Part shown: one piece after another, positions 62,382-64,000 of the stretch
How the letters are laid out: the number at the start of each line of letters is the position of its first letter
Position numbering within the stretch: position 1 is the first letter of the stretch
NCBI GenBank assembly: GCA_001662655.1
Contig: KV460279.1
DNA from: Pseudogymnoascus verrucosus
Lineage: Eukaryota
Reading direction: 5' to 3' (one strand)
DNA length: 64,000 nt
Made by a program: the position numbers and the translations under genes
The notes under the pieces: model-generated
Seen by the model: only the letters and a program-made list of their open reading frames with translations
What the model was told of the DNA's origin: nothing
Database searches by the model: none

Positions 62382-63493
62382 TTAAGCTTTGTCCTCTATG
62401 CTAGGTACCTTTTTTAGGTCATTAAACCACACATACCGGCTCAAAACTAGATACAAGTGCCGATCCCACGAGTACTGGCTATTGTGGTTGCGGAAGGCAC
62501 TGCGAGTCTTCATGTATCGATGCCACGTATTGGCAACCAGCGCTTTGTGGCTGTAGCTGAGACCCGCCACAGGGGATGGGAAAGCCATCGCTTCCAAGAT
62601 GCGCCAGGTAAAGGGTAATGCGGTCAGAGTGAGGTCACCGAGAAAGGTGTATTTGCGGAGAAGGGTGGTTGTGGTGACCATGTAAGCGATGGGAGCTTCT
62701 CCATTGGTCGATGCATAATTGCTAGGGAGTGAACATGAGCTTCGCGTTCGGAGCCAATCAGGTGAGGCGGGTGGAGGGAGACAAGGCGAATTTACCTTAT
62801 AGCGGCGCTAACAGCCCTGTGGTTTATATGTCCGGAGATCCCGCCTGAATCAAATGTGAGGATCTGAATTGGAGAATGCTGTCAGTGACATTCCCAAAGC
62901 ATATAAATGATTGTTGTTGGGAAGAGAGAACTTACAGCGTCAATGTCCCATTTGTGGACATACTCGGTCACGATGCTTTGGATGAGATCCGTATTCCACC
63001 ATACCGTTGGATTATCCTGCAATTCGGCTTCATCTAGTGCGACGCATCTAGCCAGGTCGATGCCCAGCGACTCACAGGAGCCTCTCAGCTCCTCTTTCCT
63101 CGTCTCGCCAATCCCAGTATTATTCCCTGCAACAGAGTCAAACCCCGAATATCCACTTCCTGCCTATGCAACCTCACCTGTAGACATAACCAGCAAGCCT
63201 CCTCTAACATCATGATTCCTGTCTAGCACCCCTAAAATGCTCGGTGCGAAGAACAAACACTCATCGTCAGGATGCGCAGTCACGATCAGCAAATTCTTCG
63301 CACCCTGTAGTGAGGATGGTAAGAGCCTTGCATCGCTGCCTACCAGGTATCCGATCAGCCATTGTAAGAACAGTGGCAGCACCAGGAGGATCGGCGCGAT
63401 GCGCATTATCCAGCGCCAGGCGTGCCTTGAGAGTCTGCTGATAAGCCTGGATGCGGTGGGTCGTAGCATCGGTAATGGCTTAAATGCGTACAT
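62382..63493 (-). CDS. PIG-L/LmbE-family GlcNAc de-N-acetylase (DacA/Gpi12-like)
   Basis: Four exons; TM anchor, LIVTAHPDDECLFFAPSI, R.EEL..SC, LQDNP, ILTFDSGGISGHINH, LLRKY, HNSQYSWDRHLYLVLSRYVWFNDL. Confidence 0.88.
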
Positions 63494-64000
63494 GAGGCAA
63501 GGAGGTGGTTAAGTCCGGACTGACTGTCGAGCGTAGTTAATAGAGACAGAAGTAAGTGGATAGGAAGTTTATCTTATGCGGTGAATTGTGATGTGGTAGG
63601 CTCTGCGTGGCCTGGAATGCTCGGAAGTTGCAGTTAGCTCTGTCGTCTGATATTCACTGGGATATGCGACGGGGAGCAAATAAGGTTGGGGTTGACGTAT
63701 TAAGCTTTCACTACTGACGCTAGAGGCCCATCTCACGCTTGGCAGTGCTGACGTACGGTACAACCACGAATGCGTCCGCTCTAGGTGAGGGTAAGGGCGG
63801 CGCATTGTTTTACAATCGTTGACTGTGCATTCGGCAATTGCCGTATTTTATTCTGAAGCTGTTGTCAGGATTCCGGCAAAAATGCAGGGCATGCGAACTG
63901 CGGCGGATTGAAGAATTCGATGTCGCATCTCTCGTAATTTCGTGCTTACGCGTCACTTTGACGTCGTTACGATTAGTGAATCGCGCAAGCCGCTTACTCG

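Overview
Eukaryotic, intron-containing DNA from a filamentous ascomycete: short GT-AG introns with CTAAC/CTGAC branch sites and a Pezizomycotina-type gene set. A Leotiomycete such as Pseudogymnoascus is my guess from composition only. The left ~49 kb is mostly housekeeping genes: a PNUTS/Ppn1-like PP1 regulator (runs off the left edge), SLY1, an ORP1-like protein, RTF1, COQ7, phospholipase D1, a sedolisin, NOP13-like, IEC3, NADP-isocitrate dehydrogenase, TMEM234-like, isocitrate lyase and INN1/fic1, plus one frameshifted orphan. The right ~15 kb looks accessory: an SRPK-like kinase, a MARVEL-like membrane protein, PhiA, a DUF488 protein with an NLS-like leader, and a GT32 + PIG-L deacetylase pair resembling the gntA/dacA part of the zwitterionic GIPC cluster. 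The most unusual item is a five-exon gene at 54235-57195 (-) that the ORF track splits into pieces. Spliced, it encodes about 877 aa: three 50-aa tandem repeats, a divergent TupA-like (tungstate/oxyanion) periplasmic-binding domain and a C-terminal hemopexin-like propeller. All family calls come from motif recognition by eye; no searches were run. I recognised no tRNA, rRNA, CRISPR array or intact transposon.
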